64,000 nt of DNA, from positions 20,229 to 84,228 of the IMG/VR virus record IMGVR_UViG_3300025426_000021; one strand, written 5' to 3'. Positions 38,734 through 49,154 of the stretch are shown here, in pieces; the first letter of the stretch is position 1, and each line of letters starts with the position of its first letter. A program made the position numbers and the translations under genes. Origin of the DNA: a virus. Taxonomy: Duplodnaviria > Caudoviricetes. The notes under the pieces were generated by a model. It saw only the letters and a program-made list of their open reading frames with translations. It made no database searches and was not told the DNA's origin.

Positions 38734-39312
38734 TTATTTATTTAATAGGCTTTTGCGCATAAAGCCAACCCAATTTTCGATTGCCAGTTTATGCAGTCTT
38801 CCAATATAATCGTCTAAGCTATCAAATTCATTGTAGATATTCTTGCTATAAAACTCTTTCTCAGACACTACTTTACCAGCATCTACTTCAGGTATAACTT
38901 CATGTATAACGTGTCCGTGCTGATAGTAAGGTCTTTCGGCGTGACTGAACCACACTTTAGCCTGAGGATCTTTACCTTTTAACTCAGGAAACTTAGTTAT
39001 AAGACCTGGATGTCCGTTGTATATCTTGAATCTACCGCAGATCTGTGGCGGTAGTATACGAAGATAACCGTGAAGAGTAATAATATCGGTATGCTTAATA
39101 GCCTCTCTATATTCTTCTACTGTTGGTTTCTTAGGTAAAAATATAAAACGATCAAAACATTTTTCTAGAAGATTAGGATTGATTTTGTCCATATCTTCAA
39201 AGCTTTTATTAGTTATGATTGCATCTGGAAACCTACCGATATGCTTAGATATCTCATATATCTCAGATCCACTCTGAGAGAAAAAGGTTTTCCAGATTAA
39301 GGTACGTTTCAT
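38734..39312 (-). CDS. PurN-like formyltransferase, probable preQ1 formyltransferase (DpdN-like)
   Basis: FFSQSGS, LHGYLRIL, YNGHPGL, LKGKDPQ, HEVIPEVDAG (formyl_trans_N Asn/His/Asp residues); located between the dpdA-like gene and queF. Confidence 0.8.
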   Translation of the reverse strand: MKRTLIWKTFFSQSGSEIYEISKHIGRFPDAIITNKSFEDMDKINPNLLEKCFDRFIFLPKKPTVEEYREAIKHTDIITLHGYLRILPPQICGRFKIYNGHPGLITKFPELKGKDPQAKVWFSHAERPYYQHGHVIHEVIPEVDAGKVVSEKEFYSKNIYNEFDSLDDYIGRLHKLAIENWVGFMRKSLLNK

Positions 39313-39539
39313 ATGTTTAGTCGATACCCTATTGTATTATCACTAAAGAAAATTACAAGTGTAAAGTCAACAATACCGTGTTTTATTAGGTAAGGTTTAA
39401 CATCTGCAAGCTCTTTTACCGGGAGTTCATGATTACGAATACAATCCCAGAAAGAATAATCGCGGATATAAACAGAATCGGCCAGTAAGTGAGGATAGTT
39501 TGCATGTACAGAATTAGTTATAGCTTCTAAAGTTGTCAT
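39309..39539 (-). CDS. Small hypothetical protein in modification operon
   Basis: 76 aa; 4-nt stop/start overlaps on both sides. Confidence 0.55.
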   Translation of the reverse strand: MTTLEAITNSVHANYPHLLADSVYIRDYSFWDCIRNHELPVKELADVKPYLIKHGIVDFTLVIFFSDNTIGYRLNI

Positions 39540-40342
39540 CCATTAACATAGTTTCTAAACTGAATCAGATTGCTTGCAATGATTCTTTCTTGTATTTCAT
39601 CTGGTACTACATCTAAAAGATCTACAAGTTTGGTAGATTCTTTCTTCCAGTTACCAATAACATCAGAATATCTTACTCTTTTAATACCATGTACAATAGG
39701 AGAAGAAGTATCTAGTGTTTCGATCCAGTTATATTCAGGTCCTTGATAGAAACTAAACTCTCTTGGGTGTGCACAACCTAATAAATGATGAGGTTTATCT
39801 TTATTAATGATACCGTCATTCATTAACTGAGTTAAAGTTATTACTCTACCCATCATATAAGATACCCACTTGTTAGGATGAGGAAATGCTTTAAGGTAAT
39901 AAGAATAGTCAAATGAAATAGCTAGTTTATCTACGCCGATCTCTTGATCTAGTGCTACATAACACTTAACTAGTTCACCGTAAGTCTTTCCTTGCACAAC
40001 ACCAATAGTTTTAGAGCTACTAACAAAGTCCCAATCTTTCCATAAGCACTTCTTAGCTGAATCAATAGTACCTTGACAATCTTCTAACACGTCTGGTATA
40101 ATATATTCTGTAGGGTTAAGCTTTTGTATCCAGTGAGCATAACGTTTAGAGTCAAAAGAGGTACCTAACTCAAATATAGAGTTATCTAATAAAACATGCC
40201 TACCACCTTTAACACTGTCTTCAAAGAACTTGTAGTATTGCGGGTGAGTTTCAAAGAGGTGCACGAGTGCATAGCAGTAATCGTTGTATGTACGAGATAT
40301 CTCGAGCATACTTAAGGGAGATTCGTGTGATATTTTAATCAT
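39536..40342 (-). CDS. TGT-fold 7-deazaguanine insertion enzyme (DpdA-like)
   Basis: TGT-type motif order LLDNS / IIPDV / VVQG / HHLLG / LDTSS; no C-terminal Zn site; queF, queC, queD, queE and folE are present in the window. Confidence 0.75.
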   Translation of the reverse strand: MIKISHESPLSMLEISRTYNDYCYALVHLFETHPQYYKFFEDSVKGGRHVLLDNSIFELGTSFDSKRYAHWIQKLNPTEYIIPDVLEDCQGTIDSAKKCLWKDWDFVSSSKTIGVVQGKTYGELVKCYVALDQEIGVDKLAISFDYSYYLKAFPHPNKWVSYMMGRVITLTQLMNDGIINKDKPHHLLGCAHPREFSFYQGPEYNWIETLDTSSPIVHGIKRVRYSDVIGNWKKESTKLVDLLDVVPDEIQERIIASNLIQFRNYVNG

Positions 40343-42900
40343 GAGAATATGTCAAATAAGTCTGTTGTTACTTCGTTAGTTAAATCTGGTAAACGCCATC
40401 CAATAGCTTCATATACAGCTAATATCGGCGGTTTAATTATTGTATCGAACATTTCAATATAGTCTACTTGAAATTCATTAAATTCTGGTGGAAAGTTGTA
40501 AGGGTAACAAAGAGTATCGATATTATACTTGTTTGGTGCAATATAAATCTTCTTTACTTTGCCACCGGAAGTAATTCGTTCATACTTTGTTTCCAAATGT
40601 AAATGTTTTAGTAGTTGGTTATACCATAATGCACCTTTAACGTGATTAGGTGTGCCGGTACCTATCTTAAAGCCATCTGCTTTTACTTCGTACTTCTCTA
40701 AATCACTAAGACCGCCACGGATAGCTATTTCATCAACATTTAACTTTTTAAATGCATCGTAAACCTCTTTATAAAGACTGTTTGCCTTTATTTGATCCTG
40801 ACCTAACAAAGAGTTCTCAATAACCTTCTTAATCAGTTCTTTTGCTTTCTTTGGCGTTGTAGACCTAGCGATTTCAACCCCAACGTACTTAAACTTACTA
40901 ACATTTGCACCTTCATCGTTTAATACATGAATAATATAACGTTTCTTTTGCAGGTAAACACCTACATCACAAATCGACTCCCGTTTAAAGAAGTAACGAG
41001 GATCGATAGACTTAAACTCAGAAGCAGACCACTTTTTAATCTCACTATTTAAGTATGTACCAATCTCTTTGTCTATTAAATCTATACCTTCTGGTGTTAC
41101 TTTACCGTCTTTAAATATGTTAAGCTTAATTTTATCAAGGATAGGTCTAATAGTAATATGAGTACTATCAGTATCACCGTAAATGTTAAGGGACGTATTA
41201 ACCCCGTATTTGTCTTTAGCGTATTTATCAAGGATGATACCCGCCTGCTTAACCACTGACTGACCAGTAAGAGTAATACTACCGGCGTGATCACTATCGC
41301 AAATAGGGCTAAACTTATTAGCAAAAACACCATAAATAGAATTAAGAAGAATTTTAATAACGTGCTGGATGGTGTCAGCTCGTTCCATATTAAACTTACA
41401 CGTTTTGTACTCATCTGTATCTGGGGGTAAATTACTTAGTTGTTTTTTGTATTCAATGTATTGGTTCTTATTTCTTACACGTTCACTATAAAGACCATCA
41501 ATCAATGAAGGCACAACGCCTTTTTTCTTTTGAGTATATAAAACATTAGCTTTAGATATAGCTAACTTTTCTATCTCCATAAACTTTTCAAGTTTATCGA
41601 GTGGTACCGTCTTTTCTGCACCACTAGCTAATAATAACGTTGCTTCTGTATCTGTCTTGCGTACGATTTTGCCTATTTTAGTTTCTGGTGATATATTGAG
41701 AGTAATAATGGTGTTAGGGTATAGAGAGTTAGCGTCATAACTCACAATAGCAGTCTTTAAACCGCGTTCAGGATCTCTAACGTACCCACCTTCGATTTCA
41801 TCTCTAGTAGGACCAGACACAAACGTTGGTATAACCAAACCGTGCTTGTATGCTTCTAAAGCAACACAACCGGTAACAATTTGAACTTTACCTAAAGCAG
41901 CTTCAAAGCTAGTTAAACCTTTGTAAGCTAACATACGTATGATCTTAAAAAACTGTAGTTTCTTTTCCATTCGTACTAACAGATCAACGTCTTGAATATT
42001 ATAGTCTACAAAGTTTTTCCAATCGCTACCGGCTAAAGCGGCTAGGTTAGTAGCGTTAATAGCTAGTTTACCTTCACCTAGTTCATGTTGTGCTACAAAG
42101 TTTAGTGCATATGACTCTAATAAACCACGTGCAAAGCCTTTATACACTTCCATGTAGTCCATAGCTGATATACCGTGAATGTACCAACGATCTAGCTCTT
42201 GACCTTTAACAAAGATACCTTTACGACACCAAAGACTTTTTAATGGAGATAAACGCTTTGCAGCATCTTCACCTAATAAGTTATTGATACGATTAATAGT
42301 ATAAGGAAAGTCGAAAAAGTCCGTGTTCCACCCGCTAAGAATATCTGGGTAATAATCGTTTTCCCAGAACTCTAGAAACTTATTAAGCAAATCCACCTCA
42401 CTACGACACTCTGTATATACAACATTGTCGCGTGTTGGTGTATAAGGTTTTTCACCCCAAGTATAAAACGTATCAGATAAGTTGTCATATATGGTTATAA
42501 GGTTAATAGGGTGCTTTGCATCCTTAGCTTCAGGAAACTCATCTGGCGAGTAAACTTCGATATCAAGAAAGCAAACCTTTAACGGGTTAGCAGAAAACTC
42601 AGGTTTTTCGTAGTCATCTTTATACTTTTCGATAAGAAACTGTTGCTCTACCTGAATATTGTGATATAAACGTTTAATAGCACCATCTTGTGCAGACTTA
42701 TTACGTTCATACGAGTTCTTAAATACCTTCTTCTTTAACTTAGTGTTAAAAATAGATATAGCATCGTGATTGTCCTGATTAGTCTCTACATAAAAGTAAG
42801 GACTATACAGTTCTTTCTTAACAACCCGTTTACCGTTTTTGTCCCAGGTAAATAGGTATGCAGAAGATTCTCTTGAGTTATAATATACGTTACGATACAC
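40339..42900 (-). CDS. Family B DNA polymerase (gp43-like)
   Basis: LDIE (ExoI), GWN..FFD, YNIQD, YDANSLYP, KILLNSIYG, YGDTDS, KKRY. Confidence 0.97.
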   Translation of the reverse strand: MYRNVYYNSRESSAYLFTWDKNGKRVVKKELYSPYFYVETNQDNHDAISIFNTKLKKKVFKNSYERNKSAQDGAIKRLYHNIQVEQQFLIEKYKDDYEKPEFSANPLKVCFLDIEVYSPDEFPEAKDAKHPINLITIYDNLSDTFYTWGEKPYTPTRDNVVYTECRSEVDLLNKFLEFWENDYYPDILSGWNTDFFDFPYTINRINNLLGEDAAKRLSPLKSLWCRKGIFVKGQELDRWYIHGISAMDYMEVYKGFARGLLESYALNFVAQHELGEGKLAINATNLAALAGSDWKNFVDYNIQDVDLLVRMEKKLQFFKIIRMLAYKGLTSFEAALGKVQIVTGCVALEAYKHGLVIPTFVSGPTRDEIEGGYVRDPERGLKTAIVSYDANSLYPNTIITLNISPETKIGKIVRKTDTEATLLLASGAEKTVPLDKLEKFMEIEKLAISKANVLYTQKKKGVVPSLIDGLYSERVRNKNQYIEYKKQLSNLPPDTDEYKTCKFNMERADTIQHVIKILLNSIYGVFANKFSPICDSDHAGSITLTGQSVVKQAGIILDKYAKDKYGVNTSLNIYGDTDSTHITIRPILDKIKLNIFKDGKVTPEGIDLIDKEIGTYLNSEIKKWSASEFKSIDPRYFFKRESICDVGVYLQKKRYIIHVLNDEGANVSKFKYVGVEIARSTTPKKAKELIKKVIENSLLGQDQIKANSLYKEVYDAFKKLNVDEIAIRGGLSDLEKYEVKADGFKIGTGTPNHVKGALWYNQLLKHLHLETKYERITSGGKVKKIYIAPNKYNIDTLCYPYNFPPEFNEFQVDYIEMFDTIIKPPILAVYEAIGWRLPDLTNEVTTDLFDIFS

Positions 42901-42905
42901 AAAAC

Positions 42906-42935
42906 ATATTATGTACCATTTTACAAACTAATCAA
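42906..42935 (-). promoter_or_regulatory. Sigma70-type promoter for the pol-dpdA-queF operon
   Basis: TTGATT followed by CATAAT/TAATAT, 5-7 nt before the GTG start. Confidence 0.5.
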
Positions 42936-44095
42936 GAAGGAAAGTAAACTTTCATATGCTCATCAATGTGATCTTCTAACCAATACTTGGTTGCAACCTT
43001 ACGAGCATCATCCGACTCATTTAAGTACATTCTACGATCTTTTAGTAGCTTCTTAGCTAGATCCATCATTTCATCAGGAGTATTAAACCGTAGAGGTGCT
43101 ACAGGATCTGTATTGTATGGTGGAGCATCTTGGCATAAACATGGAATACCTAATGCACCTGCTTCAAGATACTTAATGGGTGCTTTTGCATAGTTAAACC
43201 TGTTATTTTGTAAAGGTGCAAATGCTAAGTTTAAGTTTAACGAATCAAACGTATAACTATACTCATACAAGCTCTTCCAAGGTACATATTCAACTTCACC
43301 AGCTGCAATTAAATCTTGCACACCGAAAGGAGCGGCTCCAAAAAACACCCACTTGTAATCTTTGTAAGTCTTACGAATAATATCAGTAAATGGTTCAATA
43401 TCATCTACCACTCCAGGCAAGCGCTGTACATTAAGGTGGGTTGGACTACCAACATAACCGATACGAGGACGTTTCTTGTTGCGATCAAAGTTCTCCGCCA
43501 CTCTTTGTTTACTGTAAAAACGATCCATCCAAAACTTAGGTAGGTAGTTAGGTACTACAATAGCGGGTACACCAGTCTTTTCTGTATAATAATCTGCCAT
43601 GTACTTGGTAGGGCAAGTAATAGCATCACAGAGCTTAATAATCTCTATTGCTGTTTTACCAATAATAGGGTTAACAAATGCTTCTCTAGACTTGTTGTAT
43701 AATGGAATATCTTCTGGGAAAATAACGTCATCGATTTCATAATACAGTTTAAACTTGCTTCCATTATCAGAAGTATGTCTTAAGAACTTAGCAAACTGAA
43801 GTTGTGGTTCAGTGACTTGACGTTGTATCTTAACTGATTGTATATTTTGATACTGTCTTGGGTCAAGTATCATCATCGTAGAGTTCTGTACAACTCCTTT
43901 ACCTGAAGAGTTGATTATAGATTCTGGCCAGTGCATACGCCAAAAACCGCATCCACCATGGTCAGCAGCAAAGCTCATTGCCATCTTTGTAGGTGGTACG
44001 CTTGGAAGTACTGGTTGAGAGTTAGGTGTAGTTACCCCTAAAGTAGGAGCTCCTAATGGTAATGCTGGTGCACCGATTACGAATGAGTTATTCAT
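42932..44095 (-). CDS. GT-B fold glycosyltransferase
   Basis: GGCGFWRM, YEIDD, RIGYVGSPTH, APLQNNRFNYAKAPIKYLEAGALG. Confidence 0.8.
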   Translation of the reverse strand: MNNSFVIGAPALPLGAPTLGVTTPNSQPVLPSVPPTKMAMSFAADHGGCGFWRMHWPESIINSSGKGVVQNSTMMILDPRQYQNIQSVKIQRQVTEPQLQFAKFLRHTSDNGSKFKLYYEIDDVIFPEDIPLYNKSREAFVNPIIGKTAIEIIKLCDAITCPTKYMADYYTEKTGVPAIVVPNYLPKFWMDRFYSKQRVAENFDRNKKRPRIGYVGSPTHLNVQRLPGVVDDIEPFTDIIRKTYKDYKWVFFGAAPFGVQDLIAAGEVEYVPWKSLYEYSYTFDSLNLNLAFAPLQNNRFNYAKAPIKYLEAGALGIPCLCQDAPPYNTDPVAPLRFNTPDEMMDLAKKLLKDRRMYLNESDDARKVATKYWLEDHIDEHMKVYFPS

Positions 44096-45911
44096 TATTA
44101 AAGTTGTTTGATCTTACTGTTATGCCGTTTTTCTTTTCTAGGAATATGATTTCACCACTTGTACAGTACTTCATACTTTCCTTGCGGTGTGATATTATAT
44201 ACACTGCCTCTTGGTACTTTTCCACTCTATCCCGTATTATATCCAATACTAGTTCAATACCTTTTTCGTCTAAAGACGAATCAAGTAGTTCATCAAATAC
44301 AGATATATTTAACCATACATTAGCTTGTGCTCTACGGATATCTTGAAACGCAAATATCATTGCAAGATCGATAGCTTTACGTTCAGCTCCAGAGAAGTTA
44401 AAATAACTACATACTGCACCACGTTCATTAGTGATAGTTTCTTCAAAGAACTCATTAAACTTAACTGTACTGTTACTTTCAAGCTTCTTAAGATAGTAAG
44501 CAAGTCTAAGATTGAGTACCTCTAATATCTTTTTAACAATAAACGATTTTACACCTTCTTCAGAAGTAATAAACTTAGCTGATTCAATAATATCGATCTT
44601 AATCTGTAGTTCATCTACTTTAGCTTTTACTTCAGATATACGGTCTTCAATCTTTTTAATATTGTCTGTATATACATTATCCTCGTTATTAAGAGCATCA
44701 ATATCTACTACAAGTTGAGATTGCCATACATTGAGTTGATTTAAACGATTATTAATGTTTTCTACTTCTTTTTTACGAATATTAAAATCGTTTATCTTTT
44801 TCTGTGCATTAGTAATATGAGTCTCAACTTTATTTAACTGACTTTGTGCTTCTACTAAAAGTGGTTTTTGAGTATTAACAATCTCTGTATATTTTTGTAT
44901 TTCTGCATGACACTCTGCTTTATCTTTTTCGTATTGAGTATTAGTTGCTTCAGCGAGATCTTTACCGCAATGTGGACATTTACTATCTACTTTTTTAAGT
45001 TTTTTAATACGGTCATTATTAAGCTTAATATGGGTTTCTGCTTCAGTAATAAGCTTATTAACCGCAGCTATTTTACGATCGCATAAAGTTTCAGCAGTTT
45101 TAAGGGCTGCCATATTATCTAATATCTTTTTCTCAGCTTCAGTATCGACTGATTCGAGCTTACCGATCTTTTCGTTAATAAGCGCAATCTCTTGCTGATT
45201 GTTACGCTGACGAGTAAGTAGTACTTCTTTACGTTTTAACTTACTCTCTTCATAAACTTGTTTTTGTTTAATACTATCTTGTAAAGCTCTATCATTTTCG
45301 TCTACCTTAGCGTGTTCAACATCTAATAAACGTTTTACTTCATTAAAGTCAAAACGAGCAATACTTAACATATTGCTAAACACTTCTAAACCAAGTATAC
45401 CCTCAATAAACTTACGTTTCTCGATCTTTTTCTGAGCCATAAACGGAACTGTATTGTTTATGGTCATTACTACACTATTCTGAAATACTTCTGGTGAAGT
45501 GTCAATAATATCAATAATATATTCAGTTGTTTGTGGTACACCTGAACGGGTTTTATCTTCTCCGTTTACGAAGAGAAAACATTTGGTAGGATTAAGTGTT
45601 CTTACTATTTTATATTCTGTCTTAACATGATTAACATCTGTAGTAAACTCGATCTCTACTTCACAAACATCTTCTGGATAGAGATTATTGACAATATTCT
45701 CTTTTTTAAGCTCTCTAATAGTAGAGCCGTATAGAGCAAAATGAATAGCATCTGCAATAGTAGATTTACCTACACCGTTAGCACGATCTGCCTTGTCTAG
45801 ATTGCGGCCAGTAATAATGTTTAAGCCTGGCTTAAAATCTACAGTAACCGGGCGTTTACCAACAGATAAAAAGTTAGTTATCTTTAAAGACTTAAAAAAT
45901 ACGTACTGCAT
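44088..45911 (-). CDS. Recombination endonuclease subunit gp46 (Rad50/SbcC-like)
   Basis: NFLSVG, NGVGKS, CPHCG zinc hook, FSGAE signature, FDELLDSSLD, ISH. Confidence 0.95.
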   Translation of the reverse strand: MQYVFFKSLKITNFLSVGKRPVTVDFKPGLNIITGRNLDKADRANGVGKSTIADAIHFALYGSTIRELKKENIVNNLYPEDVCEVEIEFTTDVNHVKTEYKIVRTLNPTKCFLFVNGEDKTRSGVPQTTEYIIDIIDTSPEVFQNSVVMTINNTVPFMAQKKIEKRKFIEGILGLEVFSNMLSIARFDFNEVKRLLDVEHAKVDENDRALQDSIKQKQVYEESKLKRKEVLLTRQRNNQQEIALINEKIGKLESVDTEAEKKILDNMAALKTAETLCDRKIAAVNKLITEAETHIKLNNDRIKKLKKVDSKCPHCGKDLAEATNTQYEKDKAECHAEIQKYTEIVNTQKPLLVEAQSQLNKVETHITNAQKKINDFNIRKKEVENINNRLNQLNVWQSQLVVDIDALNNEDNVYTDNIKKIEDRISEVKAKVDELQIKIDIIESAKFITSEEGVKSFIVKKILEVLNLRLAYYLKKLESNSTVKFNEFFEETITNERGAVCSYFNFSGAERKAIDLAMIFAFQDIRRAQANVWLNISVFDELLDSSLDEKGIELVLDIIRDRVEKYQEAVYIISHRKESMKYCTSGEIIFLEKKNGITVRSNNFNNE

Positions 45912-45919
45912 TAGAGATC

Positions 45920-45947
45920 ATTATAATCTCTAGCTATTCTTTTTCAA
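45920..45947 (-). promoter_or_regulatory. Sigma70-type promoter TTGAAA-N16-TATAAT, 8 nt before gp46 ATG
   Basis: Near-consensus hexamers with a 16-nt spacer. Confidence 0.65.
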
Positions 45948-46790
45948 CGTGTTTAGAAAATATTTTGCAACCGCACTTGTTGTACAGTTTTCGTAAAGTG
46001 CTTTCCTGAAAGTTTCAATGTACTGTTCATACACTTTAACTGGATCTGTTTTCTTCTGAAGCAAGCTCATTACCTCTTGACATTCCTTTTTAGGAAACGT
46101 TGCCATGGTTAATGAAGGGCAGTTTTCTATATTATAAAACACAGGAATACATCCGTTACCAAGTATTTCGTAATGTCTTAAACAGTCCCAACCAGCTTTT
46201 TTAACTGTTACTCCAAATCTCGATTGATTATAATCATTATAATAATCTTTTTCGTTTTTGTATATGTATGTACTCTTATCTAAAGGAGTAATAAATGCCC
46301 CATTACGTGTTTTATTCGTGTTGAAGTTAACTTTAGAATCTGGTATAGCAAAAGTAATAGGAAACAAACGGTCTTTTTGATAAACAAGTTCTCTCTTAAA
46401 ATACATTATACCGCGATTATAAACCGGGTGTATATTTGTTTCATCTTCACCGTCTACTGCTACAACTTTATCAAACGGGTAATATTTTAATATATCATCG
46501 ATATAATCATTACATCTCCAAATAGAACCATACACAATAAGATCGTAGTGTTTGTTTTTTATCTTAGAAGTAATATCAGTACGATCAACTTCTAAATCTG
46601 GCAACACACGGGTTACTGTCATACCCATACCATAAAGTTTACTAGCCTTTTCAGCATCATAAGTGTCGTAGTTATGGGCTTGTTTATTATAGTCTACTAC
46701 ATCTGCACCGTATAACTGTTTCAAGCCTATCAACAACGCATCGTTTTGATAGTCTACGTGATCGCCTTTTGTTAAATAAAGTATTTTCAT
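45930..46790 (-). CDS. Glycosyltransferase-like protein
   Basis: VDGED, YFKRE, KKAGWDCLRHYEILGNGCIP (GT-B C-terminal motif). Confidence 0.65.
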   Translation of the reverse strand: MKILYLTKGDHVDYQNDALLIGLKQLYGADVVDYNKQAHNYDTYDAEKASKLYGMGMTVTRVLPDLEVDRTDITSKIKNKHYDLIVYGSIWRCNDYIDDILKYYPFDKVVAVDGEDETNIHPVYNRGIMYFKRELVYQKDRLFPITFAIPDSKVNFNTNKTRNGAFITPLDKSTYIYKNEKDYYNDYNQSRFGVTVKKAGWDCLRHYEILGNGCIPVFYNIENCPSLTMATFPKKECQEVMSLLQKKTDPVKVYEQYIETFRKALYENCTTSAVAKYFLNTLKKNS

Positions 46791-47677
46791 AAATGTTTTA
46801 ATAATGACTTAACTCTAGACATAGCAGTATGATACTTTGATACTTTATCAAACCCAGCTTGCGCTATCTTAAGTCTTTCATCTTTGTGTTCAGTATAGTA
46901 GTTAACTTTATTGATACAATCATCTAAAGAATCAAAATAAACAATCTCTTTACCTTCTTCAAATATTAAATCAATACGAGTACCTGGTTCAGGTCTATCA
47001 GCAATGACCATTCTATTAGCTAGCATGCCTTCAAATATACGTCGTGTAACCTCTTTATATTGACTGTTTTGTAATACTATTTTACCTCTTCTAAGATATG
47101 ATGAATGTTCTAAAGCATGCAACCCGCTACGAGTATCAAAACGTTTACCTAATCGGGCTCTTACACTTTGAAAAAACTTGTCAGAAACATCTCTAGTACA
47201 TACAGCATCTAAATCAGGTTCAATGCTATACACTCTTTCAGGATACATATCAGTATCTGCAAAGTGCGGAAACCACATAGCATTATAGCCTTGGGAGTTG
47301 TATGTAGCACAACATCTAATATCTGGAGATAAAATAATATCAAAGTTACCAGCTTTAGCTTTAATATAGTTGTTATTAAAGCTTTGAGGGTCATCTCCAG
47401 ACTCTAATACCCATATTGCAGATGGGAATGAGCTCTTTTTAAGTAACGGGCTTTGAAAGCGTCCATAATCAAAGTTAATAATAACATCTGGTACAAATGT
47501 ACCATTGTTTGCGTCTGTTAGTAATGCTTTTAACCCGTCTTCCGAGTATTGATCTTCAACAGTCATTGAAGAGTAACATTTTGTAGTGTGTCCTAGTTTG
47601 TCAAAAGCATTTTGTATGGCTATTGAAGTATTCCAAACATCTTGAGGGGTTCTAGGATATAAAAACGAAATGTTCAT
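46787..47677 (-). CDS. Glycosyltransferase (Glyco_trans_1_2/CgeB-like)
   Basis: GDDPQ, RRIFEGM, FEEGKEIVYF, ERLKIAQAG...HT...RV. Confidence 0.8.
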   Translation of the reverse strand: MNISFLYPRTPQDVWNTSIAIQNAFDKLGHTTKCYSSMTVEDQYSEDGLKALLTDANNGTFVPDVIINFDYGRFQSPLLKKSSFPSAIWVLESGDDPQSFNNNYIKAKAGNFDIILSPDIRCCATYNSQGYNAMWFPHFADTDMYPERVYSIEPDLDAVCTRDVSDKFFQSVRARLGKRFDTRSGLHALEHSSYLRRGKIVLQNSQYKEVTRRIFEGMLANRMVIADRPEPGTRIDLIFEEGKEIVYFDSLDDCINKVNYYTEHKDERLKIAQAGFDKVSKYHTAMSRVKSLLKHL

Positions 47678-48418
47678 TTAAAGTATATACGGTTTGAACT
47701 GTTTAAATCCACCTGATTTGAACGGCTCGTTATTCCATTTATCTGCTAAAATATTACCCTGTTTGTTCATGTTCTCTGGGGTATAATCTGTTCTAGAAGA
47801 GCCTTTAGCAGATGTACCACCTACTTTATGTTTAACTCTAGCACTGGTTAATACACCATGTAACAGTTTGTTTCTTTCTAAACACATTGAGTAATCATTA
47901 TCTTGATAAAAGAAAAAGAAACGTTCATCAAGATAACCTATAACTTCAAATACTCCGCGTCTTGCTGCAAATATACAACCAAACAAGTGTAAAGATGTTT
48001 CATACCCATAATAAAGTTTATTATCATCAGGAAAATACTGTTTAGTATGACGATGCCAATTTCTATCAATAGGGCTAATAGAACTGATAGTAGAGTTGGT
48101 TTCAAACTCTTTTACGATGTTTTGTATACAGTTTTCTTGTATTATTAAATCGTTATTAGGGCCTATTATATAATCTGATTTACAACGGCTTAAACCTATA
48201 TTAAAAAACTGGTTATAGTTAAACTCGTAAGGGGGTATTATTACCTCTACTTTAGGTTGATTATAATCTCTATTAAAGGTTTTATTAGTTTCAATAACAA
48301 ATATATTGTTAATGAGTTCATCAGCTGTATTAATATAAGAATCAATACATCTTTTAGTTACTTCAAAGCTCTTGTCATCGTTAACAAGAGATAAAATGAT
48401 TACATCAACTTTGCTCAT
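47678..48418 (-). CDS. GT2-family glycosyltransferase
   Basis: VDVIILS, FNYNQFFNIG, NNDL, IGYLDERFFFFYQDNDY. Confidence 0.8.
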   Translation of the reverse strand: MSKVDVIILSLVNDDKSFEVTKRCIDSYINTADELINNIFVIETNKTFNRDYNQPKVEVIIPPYEFNYNQFFNIGLSRCKSDYIIGPNNDLIIQENCIQNIVKEFETNSTISSISPIDRNWHRHTKQYFPDDNKLYYGYETSLHLFGCIFAARRGVFEVIGYLDERFFFFYQDNDYSMCLERNKLLHGVLTSARVKHKVGGTSAKGSSRTDYTPENMNKQGNILADKWNNEPFKSGGFKQFKPYIL

Positions 48419-49154
48419 TAATAAAACTTTCTACATCTGGGTGCCCGTCATATTGATGAAATACAGCTGGTACATTGCTCTTATTCCATTTAGTTTGTAT
48501 GCTAACTTGTGCTAAGTTTAGTACAGTTGTTTTAGACCCTATTTCGTATCTGTATTGATCAAAACGAACCACCTTATTAAGTATGGCCTGATCTATATTA
48601 GCATAGTTTCCTATTCTACCTAATATAATAGAAGTATCTAAACACATTTCTTTTAATAAACCTATACACTGAGATCTCCAACCAAGTATGGCTCCTCCAT
48701 TAATAATCTCATACTTTTGTAACAATCCGTATATGTCTTGATTATAACATAAGTTTATCCAAGTAGTATTAGTCTGACAGTTACGTATTATCTGACCTTC
48801 CCCAAATACCATTGGTTTTACTGAAACGAAATCAAATATGTTTTTATTAAAATAAACATCGGTAAAATCACACAAAAACACATTATCAGCTGTAGAAATT
48901 TTACTGCAATACAGATAAAAGAAAATAACTTTAAGTGTATAAGGTGATAGTTTCATATCCACATTATACTTTTTCGCTATTTGATCAGCATCAACAAAGT
49001 TACAGTTATTTTTCTTGAGATAATCTAGTACATCTTGCTTAAGATTGTAGCCTATAACAGTGACAGTATTGTTAGTTTTTACAGCTGACTTAACAAAGTT
49101 TTCTATACCTTTGTTAAGACTGTAGTTCTGTCCATATGTAATGATTTCGTTCAT
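48405..49154 (-). CDS. GT-A-like glycosyltransferase
   Basis: CDFTDVYF, INGGAILG, DQAILN, HQYD. Confidence 0.6.
   Translation of the reverse strand: MNEIITYGQNYSLNKGIENFVKSAVKTNNTVTVIGYNLKQDVLDYLKKNNCNFVDADQIAKKYNVDMKLSPYTLKVIFFYLYCSKISTADNVFLCDFTDVYFNKNIFDFVSVKPMVFGEGQIIRNCQTNTTWINLCYNQDIYGLLQKYEIINGGAILGWRSQCIGLLKEMCLDTSIILGRIGNYANIDQAILNKVVRFDQYRYEIGSKTTVLNLAQVSIQTKWNKSNVPAVFHQYDGHPDVESFINEQS

Noticed and set aside
38734-39312. Ordinary purine-biosynthesis PurN as an auxiliary metabolic gene
   Set aside because: No other pur genes are present, and the gene is embedded between the dpdA-like gene and queF, which favours a modification role.
40339-42900. Intein or intron in the DNA polymerase, and overlapping ORF 41097..41414
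   Set aside because: The polymerase is a continuous, normal-length ORF with all motifs. The alternate-frame ORF has no start context or recognisable motif.
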